Of a stretch of DNA of 64,000 nt, positions 21,353 to 32,121 are shown one piece after another; position 1 is the stretch's first letter, and each line of letters starts with the position of its first letter. This DNA comes from Candidatus Dojkabacteria bacterium (GTDB taxonomy: Bacteria; Patescibacteriota; Dojkabacteria; B142; OLB20). The stretch is taken from contig DAOMOX010000002.1 of NCBI GenBank assembly GCA_035444565.1, positions 105,335 through 169,334 on the forward strand. The letters are read 5' to 3'. The position numbers and the translations under genes are program-made. Under the pieces are notes generated by a model that was not told where the DNA came from, made no database searches, and worked only from the letters and a program-made list of their open reading frames with translations.

Positions 21353-22000
21353 ATGTTGGCCGAATTAAATACACAAATAAACGCAGAAAATTTTTACACC
21401 CATCGCATTACTGATAATGGAATAACAACTGAAGTTACGGGTTACTACTTACCGGGGCCAGAATTCATGAGAGAATCAATTCTTAGTATGTATACAATAA
21501 AAAGAGAAAGAGGAGAGGTTTCAGCTATGGGGATTTTTGTAAAAAATAGAGAAGTCTCTCTACTGGAATTGGGTACTAGAAACAGTTTTGAATTATACTC
21601 TCCTACAGGAACCGGCAAAGAACCAGAAACATATATACATACTCATCTCAAAATTTACGGAATTCCTGGTGATGTTTTCCTAGCATTAAAACTAGACACT
21701 GCAGGTAATATAGGGATTACCCCACATGTCGAATTACCACTAAGCAAAATAAGAAATTATGACTTAGTAAATGACTACGACGAAACTCACTGGCAAATAA
21801 ATACAAATAGGGGGTCTGTACTAATTCCAAAAACTATAACAATTGAGGAAATACAAAAACGAATCGAGGGCTTAGCAAGTGAAGACAACCCATGGGAGAA
21901 TAATTGTAATACATATAATGTCTTGGATGATACAACTAGTACTTATACAGAAGTCCAGATGCAAACTTTCTCACTGTTAGGGATAGTTCCTGAAGAATAA
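21353..22000 (+). CDS. hypothetical protein
   Basis: 215-aa ORF; upstream motif shared with 7730. Confidence 0.55.
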   Translation: MLAELNTQINAENFYTHRITDNGITTEVTGYYLPGPEFMRESILSMYTIKRERGEVSAMGIFVKNREVSLLELGTRNSFELYSPTGTGKEPETYIHTHLKIYGIPGDVFLALKLDTAGNIGITPHVELPLSKIRNYDLVNDYDETHWQINTNRGSVLIPKTITIEEIQKRIEGLASEDNPWENNCNTYNVLDDTTSTYTEVQMQTFSLLGIVPEE

Positions 22001-22094
22001 AGTGAATTTAGAGTTCAGAGTTACTTAATCTCTAAATTTCTACATCACTACATTTTCCTTCCACATTTCTGAATTCCTAAATTACTTAATTTCT

Positions 22095-22283
22095 TCATTT
22101 ACTAGATGGTGGCCAAACAACCGCCTGTAACCCAGGATCATTTAAATCTTCATCAGTGACGTGCCCTCCTCCACCCGCATCTTCAGCATCTCGCACCTCT
22201 GCCAGATTTTCAGCATCCCCTGGAGTAACTTGGAGTCTTTCTCCGTCATAACCTAAGGGTTTTGGTGTCGGATTTGTTTCCAT
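22095..22283 (-). CDS. small acidic hypothetical protein
   Basis: 62 aa, ATG start, directly downstream of the ferritin-like gene. Confidence 0.5.
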   Translation of the reverse strand: METNPTPKPLGYDGERLQVTPGDAENLAEVRDAEDAGGGGHVTDEDLNDPGLQAVVWPPSSK

Positions 22284-22329
22284 ATTTTAATTTCTTAATC
22301 TCTAAATTTCTTAATTTCTTCATTTTCCT

Positions 22330-22869
22330 CTATTCCTCATCTTCTTCCATCTCTTCCTCATCATCTATATTCTCATCATCAGCCAAAGAGTCAATCATTC
22401 CAATAGCGATTTCTTCTAATTTCTGATTAGTATCAATCTCCTCATTTAGTGTTTTTTCTAAAATCTCCGCAGCTTCGGTGTGTCCCATCAAATGTGCTAA
22501 TGCTACGGCAGTATTATATTCTACAATTTCATAATATTCGACTTTCATCGCTCCTGTGTTCAATCCCATGTCCATAGAAACTTCATCAAGTTCTGTTTTG
22601 ACTAATTCTTCAGCTTCTTTAATTAAACCTTCCATCCCAACACATTTTTTCCCGTTAATTGCGACATCTTGTAGCATTTCAGCAATTTCTTCCAATCTTT
22701 TAACATGTACTTCTGTCTCAGCCAGATGATCTTCAAATGCTGATTTCATAGTAGAATCCGTAGTTGCATCAATCATAGTAGGAAGACCTGTGGAAACTAA
22801 TTGTTTCTCCGCACTGTAAAGGTCCTTAAGTACATCGACAAAGAGTTCATGTAGAAATTCATTTTTCAT
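22330..22869 (-). CDS. ferritin-like DUF892 (YciE/YciF) protein
   Basis: LKDLYSAEKQ, HLAETEVHVKRLE, KCVGMEGLIKE, KVEYYEI. Confidence 0.9.
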   Translation of the reverse strand: MKNEFLHELFVDVLKDLYSAEKQLVSTGLPTMIDATTDSTMKSAFEDHLAETEVHVKRLEEIAEMLQDVAINGKKCVGMEGLIKEAEELVKTELDEVSMDMGLNTGAMKVEYYEIVEYNTAVALAHLMGHTEAAEILEKTLNEEIDTNQKLEEIAIGMIDSLADDENIDDEEEMEEDEE

Positions 22870-23121
22870 AATGAAAATATTAAAAAGTAGGGTATATATA
22901 ATGATAAGCTGGTTGGGATAAATGGTCAATGAAGTTTACGGAAGTTTAACATGGGATTGGGAGGATTTTTACATTTCTTACTTTCTTAATTTCATCATCT
23001 CTTCATTTTCTATAATTCGCCTAATTGGTATTACAACACAAGTTAAATAATTAGATACTCTGCTAGACTTTACCTGTTTAATTTGGTTTCCTCTTACTTA
23101 AAAAGGATGTTAAAATTTAAT

Positions 23122-23286
23122 ATGAATACATCTCCAAAAAAACAAAAAAGTATTTCACAAAAGAAATCTTTGTCATCAAAAGTAATAAACAGAGATTTTG
23201 GAACAAACGTGGACAGAGACCTAGGAAAATACCTTCAAAGAAGAGGATTACCAGCACTTGCTGAAATCCTAAAAATTGACAAATAG
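23122..23286 (+). CDS. small basic hypothetical protein (similar to 37855-38034)
   Basis: 54 aa; DLGKYLQRRGLPALAEIL resembles KLGDYLREGGFPSLVDMM. Confidence 0.5.
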   Translation: MNTSPKKQKSISQKKSLSSKVINRDFGTNVDRDLGKYLQRRGLPALAEILKIDK

Positions 23287-23695
23287 AACTTCAATACAAC
23301 AACCCCTACATTTTACGTTACCTTATGGAGATTCGCATGTTGAATTCTGCATTCTGAATTCCTTAGTTTCTTAATTTCCACATCTTCCTCACCCCCTTGC
23401 CTTTCCCACCCCATTCTTATAAAATTTATCAAGTATCTCAAAGACTTTGATTTGCTGAAAGAGCAGAAATTGTCGCTTCGGCTGCCAGCCAACCCCTTAA
23501 AGGTTGAAGCAGATGGAGGAACTGTTGTACTAGTAGCCTTTGGTGCCCTCCACAGCAAATCAGATTCAGAATTCTGAATTTTGAATTTTGAATTTCTAAA
23601 TCTCTTCATTTCTTCATTTCTCCAACCTCTCTTTCCCCCACATATTGAAATTACGTCTTCTCATCAGGTATAATCCAAAAATCTTAATTAATAAA

Positions 23696-24109
23696 ATGAA
23701 TAATCAAGAACAAGGACCAGTTTACGACTTTGTGCCAAATGACACTGGACGAAGACTCCTTATGACAGGCTTACTATCAATTGCAAATGGAATATCAGTA
23801 TGGGCAGCTTACAGTTTAGTGCAAATGGATAGTGAATTCGCTTCAATGGCAACTAAATTTGTAGCCGGAATACATGGATTACAGATAGCATCCGCAGGTC
23901 TTCAAATAATAAGAGATTTAAGGACTCCTGATCCTCGTCTTCATGATGGAGGCGTAATGGCCCGAGGATGGAGAGAACGAATAGCAAAAAGAAATTTGGT
24001 ATTTAATGTAATGCCACTATTTGTTTCACTAGCAACTTTATCGGCTTTATACGCTGGAAACTCAACACCAACACCGCTACCAACTCCTGGAGGAGAGATA
24101 CAGGTGTAA
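23696..24109 (+). CDS. hypothetical 3-TM protein with PT-rich tail
   Basis: Hydrophobic segments; TATAAT just upstream. Confidence 0.55.
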   Translation: MNNQEQGPVYDFVPNDTGRRLLMTGLLSIANGISVWAAYSLVQMDSEFASMATKFVAGIHGLQIASAGLQIIRDLRTPDPRLHDGGVMARGWRERIAKRNLVFNVMPLFVSLATLSALYAGNSTPTPLPTPGGEIQV

Positions 24110-24149
24110 CCTTGATAAATATCTTAGATAAAGTGTTGGAATTTGGAAT

Positions 24150-24245
24150 TATTCATTCTGATTTTTTCCAACCTGCTCTTCATCCAATTCCATATACGGG
24201 AATATCTCTTTTTGTATCGTGTAATGATTTTCTCGATTCTTGTTT
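24150..24245 (-). pseudogene. degenerate copy of the 3' end of the DCD-domain gene
   Basis: About 90 nt aligns by eye with 24670-24760 (caacctgc-cttcatc-aattccatatacgg..ttttctcgattctt). Confidence 0.7.
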
Positions 24246-24304
24246 CTGGGTTAGTTAAAATTCCTGAGGACATTCTTCCTTAATTTATACATACTTATAA
24301 CAAA

Positions 24305-24332
24305 TAAGTTCCTAGTTCACTAGGAACTAGGA
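24305..24332. terminator. perfect inverted repeat, possible terminator
   Basis: agttcctagt-tc-actaggaact between convergent units. Confidence 0.45.
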
Positions 24333-24660
24333 ACTTTCTTAGTTTTCCATGAAATACGTTTAAACAAGTGTATGGGTTTGAATTTTGAACTTCTTCATAT
24401 CTAAATTCCTACATCTTTTAATTCCTTAATTTCTACATTCCTAAATCTCTTCATTTTTCCTTTTGTAATTTCTCTAAACTTCTAATCCTTTTCTCTGCTT
24501 CTTTTTCTTTGCGTAGGATTTCTTTAGGATCATCAGTACTCTTTATCAACTCAATTTTTCCTAGTTCGATATCATTAATGAAGTCTTTCATGGAGTTTGA
24601 ATAACTTAAGTAATTTGAAGTTATATTAATTATATGCTTTTATTATATTTTTTTCTGAAT

Positions 24661-25035
24661 TCAGGATTCTGCATTCTGAATTTTTTCAACCTGCCCTTCA
24701 TCTAATTCCATATACGGAAATATCCCCTTCTTATACCTAGTAATTATTTTCTCGATTCTTGAGAATGGGATGGTTTTGGTTTCGGGGAGTAATTCGAACT
24801 TGATTTGTGATGGGAATTTGTCTTGCCATGCTCCTTTTACTAAATATTCTCCACCTTCTGATACTGGTTTATAAGGTCCACTGAATTCATAAGTTGAAGT
24901 GTTGTAGAGAAATAGCAAATCAGCAGGAGTAATACTTTTCACAAGTTGTAAATAATCTCGTTCTTCTCCGAAGAGCATTCTTTCAAACACTTCGTCTTTG
25001 GTTTTTGAGTTGCAGCGGAAGATGAAGGCTTTCAT
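24661..25035 (-). CDS. DCD (EVE/PUA-like) domain protein
   Basis: FIFRCNSKTKDEVFERMLFG, LFLYN..FSGPY, AW..KFPSQIKF pattern. Confidence 0.75.
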   Translation of the reverse strand: MKAFIFRCNSKTKDEVFERMLFGEERDYLQLVKSITPADLLFLYNTSTYEFSGPYKPVSEGGEYLVKGAWQDKFPSQIKFELLPETKTIPFSRIEKIITRYKKGIFPYMELDEGQVEKIQNAES

Positions 25036-25056
25036 TTTTTATTTAAGTTAATAAAT

Positions 25057-27855
25057 TTACCACTCAAACACCTCCACAATGTTCTGAATCGCATTTCTTA
25101 CCCTATCAACGATGCTTTCACGCTCTAATATTCCAGTATTTGAATTTTTCAAATCAATAATTTCTTGCCCCAGAGGTAGTCTTTGAGTATATAGATATTC
25201 ACCAACAAGACTTTCAAATTTTTCGATTGGAATATCCTCTGTCTTTGCAATGTCACGAAGTGCTTGGGATCTCTCACTTTGCCAAAATTCCTGGAATGCT
25301 TCTTCCACATGACCTGATGTTGATATTGATGGTAGGCTCTCTTCTATAAATTTCTTGATTAACTCTTTCTTTTTTCTTAATTTAATATCTCTATCGAATA
25401 ATTTAAGAATATCTTCCTTCTTAATATCCCTAACGACATCAGAACTTATCTCTTTAAGTCCAGAAATCAAGAAAATGATATAGTCAAAATTAATTATATC
25501 TCGAGAGGTTAACTCTAGCTCGAAATCAATTTGATCTAAAATCGATTCTTTTTCACTAGCGTCGTTTTTAATACTCTCGTAAATATCCAGATACTTACTT
25601 TGGTAATCACTAAACTCTTGTTCTGTAATTCCTAAATCCTCGAAGTTAAATTCTGCGAAAGTTTCTATAGAGGATTTTATTCTCAATAAATCTCTGAAAA
25701 TTTTCACGAAGACTGCCTTTTCTTGTTCTCCCTGCAGTCGGTCGACAGAATCTACAGTTGGAACTCTAACTAACAAATCTTTAATCTTAGACTCAAATTC
25801 TTTGGCCTGTTCTTCATATGGTCTTTTGAAAACAATTTCTTTAGCGTTCTCGTCACCGAATAACGCCAAAGCTTGATCCGTTTCTAATTTCAAATTTCTG
25901 AACGAAACAATATTTCCGTGAGGTTTATCTGAATCATAAAGTCGGTTTGTTCTAGAATATGCTTGAATCAAACCATGATATTTCAAGTTTTTATCAACAT
26001 AGAGTGTGTTCAAGAATTTACTATCAAAACCAGTTAAGAACATATTAACTACAAGTACGAGGTCTACGTCATTCTTTTTAATACGTTCCTGCAGGTTTTT
26101 ATAATAGTTATAAAATTTCTCAGTTGAGTAATTTGTTTTATAAGTTTCATTATATTCTTTGATACAATTTTCTAGGAAGTCTCTGGAGTGTTCATTTATT
26201 GGTTCACCTTCGGTTGGCATATCTGGCTCTTCTGAATACATATCTATACTCTCATCTTCATTTGCACGATATGTAAAAATAGTCGCAATTTTGAAGTCCT
26301 CAGGCTTTTTCTTATTGAACAAAGTATAATATCTCTTCAACACATCGATACTGGGAGTTGCAAATAGTGCATTAAACTTTCCATTTTTTGTTTTTCTTTT
26401 CCAATCCGCGAGAATATAGTCTGAGATTTTATTCAATCTATCGTCACTCTCTAAGACTTCTTTGGTATTAATTCCTTCTACAAGTGCATCTGCAAATATA
26501 TCCGCATCAAGTGTGTCTTGATCTCTCTGTGTATACCTCCCAACGTATTCCACAGCGAAACCAAGCACATTGTTGTCATCGATTGCATGAGTGATGATGT
26601 ATTTGTGCAGACATTCGCCAAAGACGTCTTTCGTAGTGACTCCACCTTGGCTGTTTTCTGCAAAAATCGGAGTACCAGTAAACCCAAACAGCTGAGCCTT
26701 GTTGAAGAATTTCTTAATCCTCGCATGAGTAAGCCCAAACTGTCCTCTGTGACATTCATCGAAAATTATTACCATCTTTTCATCTCGGAGATTTTCAAAC
26801 TGCTTCAGATACGAATCTCTTGATATTGCTATGTCTAATTTCTGAATAGTGGTGACGATGAGCTTACGATTTGGATCTTTGAGTTGCTTTACTAAATTTC
26901 TGGTTTTATCGGTACCATCTACCGAGCCAGCGGAGAATGAATTAAACTCTTTAGTAGTCTGAATATCTAAATCTTTTCTATCCACTACAAACACAACCTT
27001 CTTAATTTCTGGCAATTCTGATAAAACTTGACTGGTTTTAAACGAAGTAAGAGTCTTACCAGAACCAGTTGTATGCCAGATATATCCATTTTTGTTTGAT
27101 TCTTTCACTCTTTTCTCGATAGCCTTCACTGCATAGTACTGATATGGTCTCAAAACCATAGGTATAGACTCTGCCTCCGCAAGTACAGTGTATTCTGAAA
27201 TCATGCTAGATAAAGTACATTTCTCCAGGAACGAATCTGCAAAGTCAGCGAGTTTAGTAATCTTGTTATTATTTACATCAGTCCAGAAAAATGTTTGTTG
27301 GAACTTTTGCTTTGGGTTGTTAGCGAAATATTTGGTATTTACACCGTTACTAATCACAAAAATCTGCACATATTCGAAAAGCGTCCCGGTGAATGAGTGC
27401 TTGTGATAACGCTGTATCTGGTTAAACGCTTCTTTCATTTCCACACCTCTACGCTTTAGCTCTATATGAACTAGTGGAAAACCATTCACAAGCAAACTCA
27501 CATCGTATCTGTTTTGATATTTCTCAGTTTGGGTAATCTGGTTTGTAACTTGGTATTCGTTTTTACACCACTGATCTGTGTTAAAAAATCTGATGTAGCA
27601 ACTAGTACCATCATCTCGAGTAAGTGCAAATCTATCTCTGAGTGTCTTCGCTTTCTGAAATCTATCGCCTTTGTTTAGATGGTTTCGTATCTTAGTAAAC
27701 TCCAAATCCGAAAATTCGGTCTTGTTGAATTTTTCGAGCTGAACTTTCAGATTATCTTCCAGTGCTTGCTTGTCTAATATGCTAACTCGCTCAAAGCCGA
27801 GATAGCCTAGCTGGGCGATAAGTTCATTTTCAAGTTGTTGTTCGGATTGATGCAT
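25057..27855 (-). CDS. hsdR: type I restriction endonuclease subunit R
   Basis: YDVSLLVNG..IELK nuclease, HTTGSGKT, DECHR, FTGTP, FLTGFD, QAYSRTNR. Confidence 0.96.
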   Translation of the reverse strand: MHQSEQQLENELIAQLGYLGFERVSILDKQALEDNLKVQLEKFNKTEFSDLEFTKIRNHLNKGDRFQKAKTLRDRFALTRDDGTSCYIRFFNTDQWCKNEYQVTNQITQTEKYQNRYDVSLLVNGFPLVHIELKRRGVEMKEAFNQIQRYHKHSFTGTLFEYVQIFVISNGVNTKYFANNPKQKFQQTFFWTDVNNNKITKLADFADSFLEKCTLSSMISEYTVLAEAESIPMVLRPYQYYAVKAIEKRVKESNKNGYIWHTTGSGKTLTSFKTSQVLSELPEIKKVVFVVDRKDLDIQTTKEFNSFSAGSVDGTDKTRNLVKQLKDPNRKLIVTTIQKLDIAISRDSYLKQFENLRDEKMVIIFDECHRGQFGLTHARIKKFFNKAQLFGFTGTPIFAENSQGGVTTKDVFGECLHKYIITHAIDDNNVLGFAVEYVGRYTQRDQDTLDADIFADALVEGINTKEVLESDDRLNKISDYILADWKRKTKNGKFNALFATPSIDVLKRYYTLFNKKKPEDFKIATIFTYRANEDESIDMYSEEPDMPTEGEPINEHSRDFLENCIKEYNETYKTNYSTEKFYNYYKNLQERIKKNDVDLVLVVNMFLTGFDSKFLNTLYVDKNLKYHGLIQAYSRTNRLYDSDKPHGNIVSFRNLKLETDQALALFGDENAKEIVFKRPYEEQAKEFESKIKDLLVRVPTVDSVDRLQGEQEKAVFVKIFRDLLRIKSSIETFAEFNFEDLGITEQEFSDYQSKYLDIYESIKNDASEKESILDQIDFELELTSRDIINFDYIIFLISGLKEISSDVVRDIKKEDILKLFDRDIKLRKKKELIKKFIEESLPSISTSGHVEEAFQEFWQSERSQALRDIAKTEDIPIEKFESLVGEYLYTQRLPLGQEIIDLKNSNTGILERESIVDRVRNAIQNIVEVFEW

Positions 27856-27865
27856 ATTTTGTTTT

Positions 27866-29398
27866 CTATTCCTTATTAAATACCGATAGCCTTTCAGCAA
27901 GACTTCTGTCTACACTTTTTTGAGGTGAAATAAATAATTGAATACCTTCTGCATCTTTAAAAAAACATTGTTTACTTTCAAAAACTGATAGCAATAAGGG
28001 ATCATCTGGCATCATTTTCTTTATTTCTTCCTTCAAATATATATAGTCCAAACCTAAAGACATGTACTTCGCAAAATATATGTACCATATTAATTCATAG
28101 ACAGACTTTAACTGCATAGCTTTATCAATTTCTTTTAAAATAATCTTTTTTATATCTTCCTTTAAAGGTTTATGGATTTTACGATATTTAATAAAAACCA
28201 ATTCAATAATCGACAAGATATGGCATAAGGCCTTTGGAGATTCACGTTTCAACATTATTAACAATGAGAATGTTTTTATAATCTCTTTATATTCCATCTC
28301 TTTACTCTTCTTTGTGAATTGTATTTTCAATCCGTACGAATCATTAATTAACTCGCATAAGAACTTTTCAATAATGCTAGTCCCTCTATACTTCTGATGA
28401 ATATCTAAAACTCTCAATAATGTCAATTCGAAAGTTTTAAAGGGGATGTATTTTTTGTGTTTAAGTGAATAATTATAATAATCTCTATCGTGTTTCCTAT
28501 ATAGCCCTTGAGGAAGTTTTTCAACGCTAGTCTTTTCCTCGTTGATAAGCAGATTAAATTCTTCTAATTCATCCCTTAAAGTTTTAATTATTAAATTTGC
28601 ATCATCGTCGTTCATACATAAAAATCTATAGTCGTCTTTAAATCTTGTTGCAATAAAGTCAACATTTTCATTTTTAAGTTTCAAAGATACCTGCGTGTCA
28701 ATCCTAGATAATATTATCTCAGCTATTAAATCGCTTAATGCTGATCCTATAGGTATACCGTTTGTCCTAAGTTCATTAGAAAGCATATAACATCTATCTA
28801 TTTTTGAACCAAATAGTTTCTGCTCCTTTATGTCGCGCAAGGATTGATCACGTCCATGAATTGCCCACCCAATGCTGTGAGTGTATATTGATTTGTAAAA
28901 ATTAGTAATATCTGACTTTATAATATAATTGTACTTGTATACTTCTGTTATTAAGTCCTTCTCAGCCATTTCAATCCACTCATATATAAGTCTACCTGAC
29001 CTTAGTTTCCCAACCACACCTTTGGTGGTCGTATCTAAAGGAATAGGAAAGCTATATGAGTAAACCCTTAAGTCTTTGTCAAACAATATCTTTTTTATCT
29101 CTTCCCAGTTCTGATAAAGATGAAAAACAATATTATGGTAGTATTTTGGATTTTGAATGGAGAACACCCGAGAGGCGATGTTACTTTTTGGGTAAGCAAC
29201 CTTTACCAATTTATCAGACTTATTAGAATTAAACGCATTCTTTTTAAGAATAAAATTGCTAATCGTGTAAGAAGGTGGCAACACATTCTGCTCAGGGTAA
29301 TATCCTTCATTTAAAAGCCAGAGTGCAATGTCCTCTTTAGGTATTAAATCTAAATACCTCTCTGTTTCTTTTTGATGTTCTATAATAAAGTTATTCAA
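27866..29398 (-). CDS. reverse transcriptase, Abi/UG (defence-associated)-like, with helical C-terminal extension
   Basis: SDITNFYKSIYTHSIGWA, GIPIGSALSDLIAE, RFKDDY, LLINEEKT; probable TTG start overlapping the hsdS TGA (alternative ATG at 29431). Confidence 0.88.
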   Translation of the reverse strand: MNNFIIEHQKETERYLDLIPKEDIALWLLNEGYYPEQNVLPPSYTISNFILKKNAFNSNKSDKLVKVAYPKSNIASRVFSIQNPKYYHNIVFHLYQNWEEIKKILFDKDLRVYSYSFPIPLDTTTKGVVGKLRSGRLIYEWIEMAEKDLITEVYKYNYIIKSDITNFYKSIYTHSIGWAIHGRDQSLRDIKEQKLFGSKIDRCYMLSNELRTNGIPIGSALSDLIAEIILSRIDTQVSLKLKNENVDFIATRFKDDYRFLCMNDDDANLIIKTLRDELEEFNLLINEEKTSVEKLPQGLYRKHDRDYYNYSLKHKKYIPFKTFELTLLRVLDIHQKYRGTSIIEKFLCELINDSYGLKIQFTKKSKEMEYKEIIKTFSLLIMLKRESPKALCHILSIIELVFIKYRKIHKPLKEDIKKIILKEIDKAMQLKSVYELIWYIYFAKYMSLGLDYIYLKEEIKKMMPDDPLLLSVFESKQCFFKDAEGIQLFISPQKSVDRSLAERLSVFNKE

Positions 29399-30552
29399 AT
29401 AAACATTTTTTGCATCACCCCTTTCTTCCACTTCTCAGCCTGGGTAATGCGTTGGTTGGTTATATTAATTAGATCGTCAATTGACGATAGGAAGTCTGCG
29501 ATTTTCTGTTGTTCTGATAATGTAGGTTTACTAAATATCATTTTCGACAAGATAGAAAAGTGTCGCTTGTAGCCCTCTGGTTTTATTTGATTTGATTGTA
29601 GTAGGTAGAACAAAAACTTTAAATTATCTTCATTGCTTTTAGCCATCAATATTTTAGTTCCGTCTGCTCCGATAATGAAATCGAAATTGATATACTTTAA
29701 AATTGTAGTATGATCCCCAAAAACAATAACCGGAGTCGATTCAAATACCTTGTTTGAATTATTTGAATAACCGGCAATTAAGCTTTTTCCTTGATCAACT
29801 ACCTTATATTCTCCTGTAGCTATAATTTCAGAGCTTTTGATTTGGAAGTACTTAGGAGATGTACTAACTAATATTTCATTAAACCTCTTCTCCTCCCACT
29901 CCGGATAATCACTCCCATCCTCATCTTTAAACCTTATCTCCTGCGAAAAGATTTTCTGCATCATCCCTTTTTTGTATTTCTCCTGTGCTTCTTTTTGCTT
30001 TTTTAGATTCTCAATCCAGTCGTCTACGGAGGTGAGGAAGGAGGCGATTTTGCGTTGTTCTTCGGATTTCGGGAATTCGAATTTCAACGATCTTAAATCA
30101 TTTGTGTAGATTCTCGTGATAGTCGTTGAATTTAGTTTGTCCCATCTACAATTAGTTAGCAGAAGGAAAAGAAAATCATCATCAACAACTTCATTATCGT
30201 TATCGATCCAGACAATGTTAGAATCTTGATAATAACTATCACGACCATCGAATTGAACGCACTTACCGATCGTTCCACTACAAGTGATTAAAGTCTGTCC
30301 TTTTCTTGGAAAGTTATATTGTAATTTATAGTTCTTAAATAAATTTTTATTGATAAATGCATCAGCGACACTCCCTAAGGTGCCTATTTTATAGAAAGGT
30401 ACTTCTCCAACTTCCTTAGTTTGGTGGGCAAAGATTCTTTTGCACATTTTGACAGAACCTAAGTCTCCTAATTTTCTTTCCTCCCACTCACCAGAGAATT
30501 CGGGGAAGCGGAGGGTTGGGGTTAGAGTTGTTTTGGTATCAGGCCTATTCAT
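29395..30552 (-). CDS. hsdS: type I RM specificity subunit S
   Basis: PTLRFPEF, two TRDs, repeated EQ(R/Q)KIA.FL.S.DD, KKG.MQK.F. Confidence 0.95.
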   Translation of the reverse strand: MNRPDTKTTLTPTLRFPEFSGEWEERKLGDLGSVKMCKRIFAHQTKEVGEVPFYKIGTLGSVADAFINKNLFKNYKLQYNFPRKGQTLITCSGTIGKCVQFDGRDSYYQDSNIVWIDNDNEVVDDDFLFLLLTNCRWDKLNSTTITRIYTNDLRSLKFEFPKSEEQRKIASFLTSVDDWIENLKKQKEAQEKYKKGMMQKIFSQEIRFKDEDGSDYPEWEEKRFNEILVSTSPKYFQIKSSEIIATGEYKVVDQGKSLIAGYSNNSNKVFESTPVIVFGDHTTILKYINFDFIIGADGTKILMAKSNEDNLKFLFYLLQSNQIKPEGYKRHFSILSKMIFSKPTLSEQQKIADFLSSIDDLINITNQRITQAEKWKKGVMQKMFI

Positions 30553-30854
30553 CTATTGCAATATTTGTAAATTTCAAAAGCTAAGTTTAAGGCCGCTACT
30601 ATCACAGCTAGAAGTCCAACAAGAACTCCTGCTTTACTAATTTTATTAAGTGCTCTAGTTAACTTTTCAGAGGATTCATTTGCCTCTTTGATGTTTTTGT
30701 TTAGCTCTACAAGCACTCCACGCATCTTACCCAATTCTTCATTGACTCCACTCAATTTTTTCGTTAATCCAAGATAAGTAGGTATCTCTGAGAAATATAG
30801 AGTCATATTTTCAATTAATTTTTCAGTTTTGGGATCATTTATGTCTACCTTCAT
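30549..30854 (-). CDS. small coiled-coil protein with C-terminal TM segment
   Basis: 101 aa; 4-nt overlap with hsdS start. Confidence 0.6.
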   Translation of the reverse strand: MKVDINDPKTEKLIENMTLYFSEIPTYLGLTKKLSGVNEELGKMRGVLVELNKNIKEANESSEKLTRALNKISKAGVLVGLLAVIVAALNLAFEIYKYCNR

Positions 30855-30861
30855 GAATACT

Positions 30862-32121
30862 TCATTTCAATAAATCATCAAATTCACAATTTAAAAGTGC
30901 TGATTTTGTCAGAACTATCTGTTCCGATCTATTTAATCTATCTGCTGTAAGACGTATAAGCCTTGTGGTCAATCTATCACCCACAACTTCTCTATTTGAT
31001 TTTGAAATATAATCCTCAATCTTTTTATGAAACAACGTTGCATATTGCTTTATCTTGTCACTCTTACCGGACTCAGTTATCTTTTCGACAACTTCTCGAG
31101 ATATATCAATTGTAATATCTCCATCCGCGAAACTTATCCAATAATCGCTAATATTAATTATAAACCAAACTGACTTTCCTTCTTCCGTCTTGTACTCATA
31201 TGCAAAAGTGTAATTATCAGTAAAGAATTCTGTTTTAATTTCTATCCTTTCAAGTTCTTTAATCCGGTGTATAGGATAGGACTGAACCAATTTTAAATAA
31301 CTCTCATGCCAGTTAGTCAGCCAATTAGTAATATAGTTATTATCAGTAAACAGCGGAATTAGATCCTGCTCAAGATTATCTACTTCCACTGTATTCATTT
31401 TTATAGTCAATTCATCAAACAGTTTCTGTAGATTAGAAGTGTTCACACCTTTGGCTTTTAAATAATCTAGATCAGGTATCGCCTTTTTATCCATATACCA
31501 GAGCAAGTCATATATATCCCTACCTTTTTCATTAAATGTTTTGCTCCCAATATTTCTCTCTCCTCTTAAAAAGATAGCTGCTATTTTACTTGCCATAAGA
31601 TTCGACATATTGTAAGTCTTGATTACAAACGATAACTGATCTCTACTTATCGGAATTTTTTCTGTTGTTGACTTTTCTGAATTGAATTGGTTCAAGTCAA
31701 TCTTTAGATGAATTTGGTCCGAAGCATGACCCAATCCTAGTTTTTCTCCAATATGGAAATTCAATCGGAGTCCACGAACACCACTAATTTTTACGGTCAT
31801 AAATGTCGAATCTGTTTTATACTGATTTGAAAAGTACGACTCAATTTCGGATTTCAGCTCTTCCAGAAAATCCTGTGTGACTTCGGTTTTAATTTCAAAA
31901 TCTAAATCTACCGACATTCGATTAAGTCCATGGCAGATACGTAAAGCTGAACCTCCATACATAACCCATTTACTGTATTCTGGATGATGGTATATGAAAT
32001 TTAGAACATAAAACTGTAATTCCTCTTTTAGCACATTCCTTTGTATCTCGACACTAACAGATTCAGATGCTTTTACTTCTTCTAGTTTTGTCTTTAGTTT
32101 TAATAATACTTGATTATTCAT
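30862..32121 (-). CDS. AbiEii-family nucleotidyltransferase toxin with C-terminal extension
   Basis: MYGGSALRICHGLNRMSVDLDF, ASKIAA, KGRDIYDL. Confidence 0.9.
   Translation of the reverse strand: MNNQVLLKLKTKLEEVKASESVSVEIQRNVLKEELQFYVLNFIYHHPEYSKWVMYGGSALRICHGLNRMSVDLDFEIKTEVTQDFLEELKSEIESYFSNQYKTDSTFMTVKISGVRGLRLNFHIGEKLGLGHASDQIHLKIDLNQFNSEKSTTEKIPISRDQLSFVIKTYNMSNLMASKIAAIFLRGERNIGSKTFNEKGRDIYDLLWYMDKKAIPDLDYLKAKGVNTSNLQKLFDELTIKMNTVEVDNLEQDLIPLFTDNNYITNWLTNWHESYLKLVQSYPIHRIKELERIEIKTEFFTDNYTFAYEYKTEEGKSVWFIINISDYWISFADGDITIDISREVVEKITESGKSDKIKQYATLFHKKIEDYISKSNREVVGDRLTTRLIRLTADRLNRSEQIVLTKSALLNCEFDDLLK

Noticed and set aside
23313-23609. 98-aa minus-strand ORF
   Set aside because: Largely composed of short repeat tracts; no coding signal recognised
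14100-24109. Integron cassette array
   Set aside because: No consistent attC sites or integron integrase; genes are on both strands with their own promoters
27866-29431. Retron, group II intron or DGR interpretation of the RT
   Set aside because: No intergenic space for msr-msd or intron RNA, no VTG retron motif, and no TR/VR pair seen
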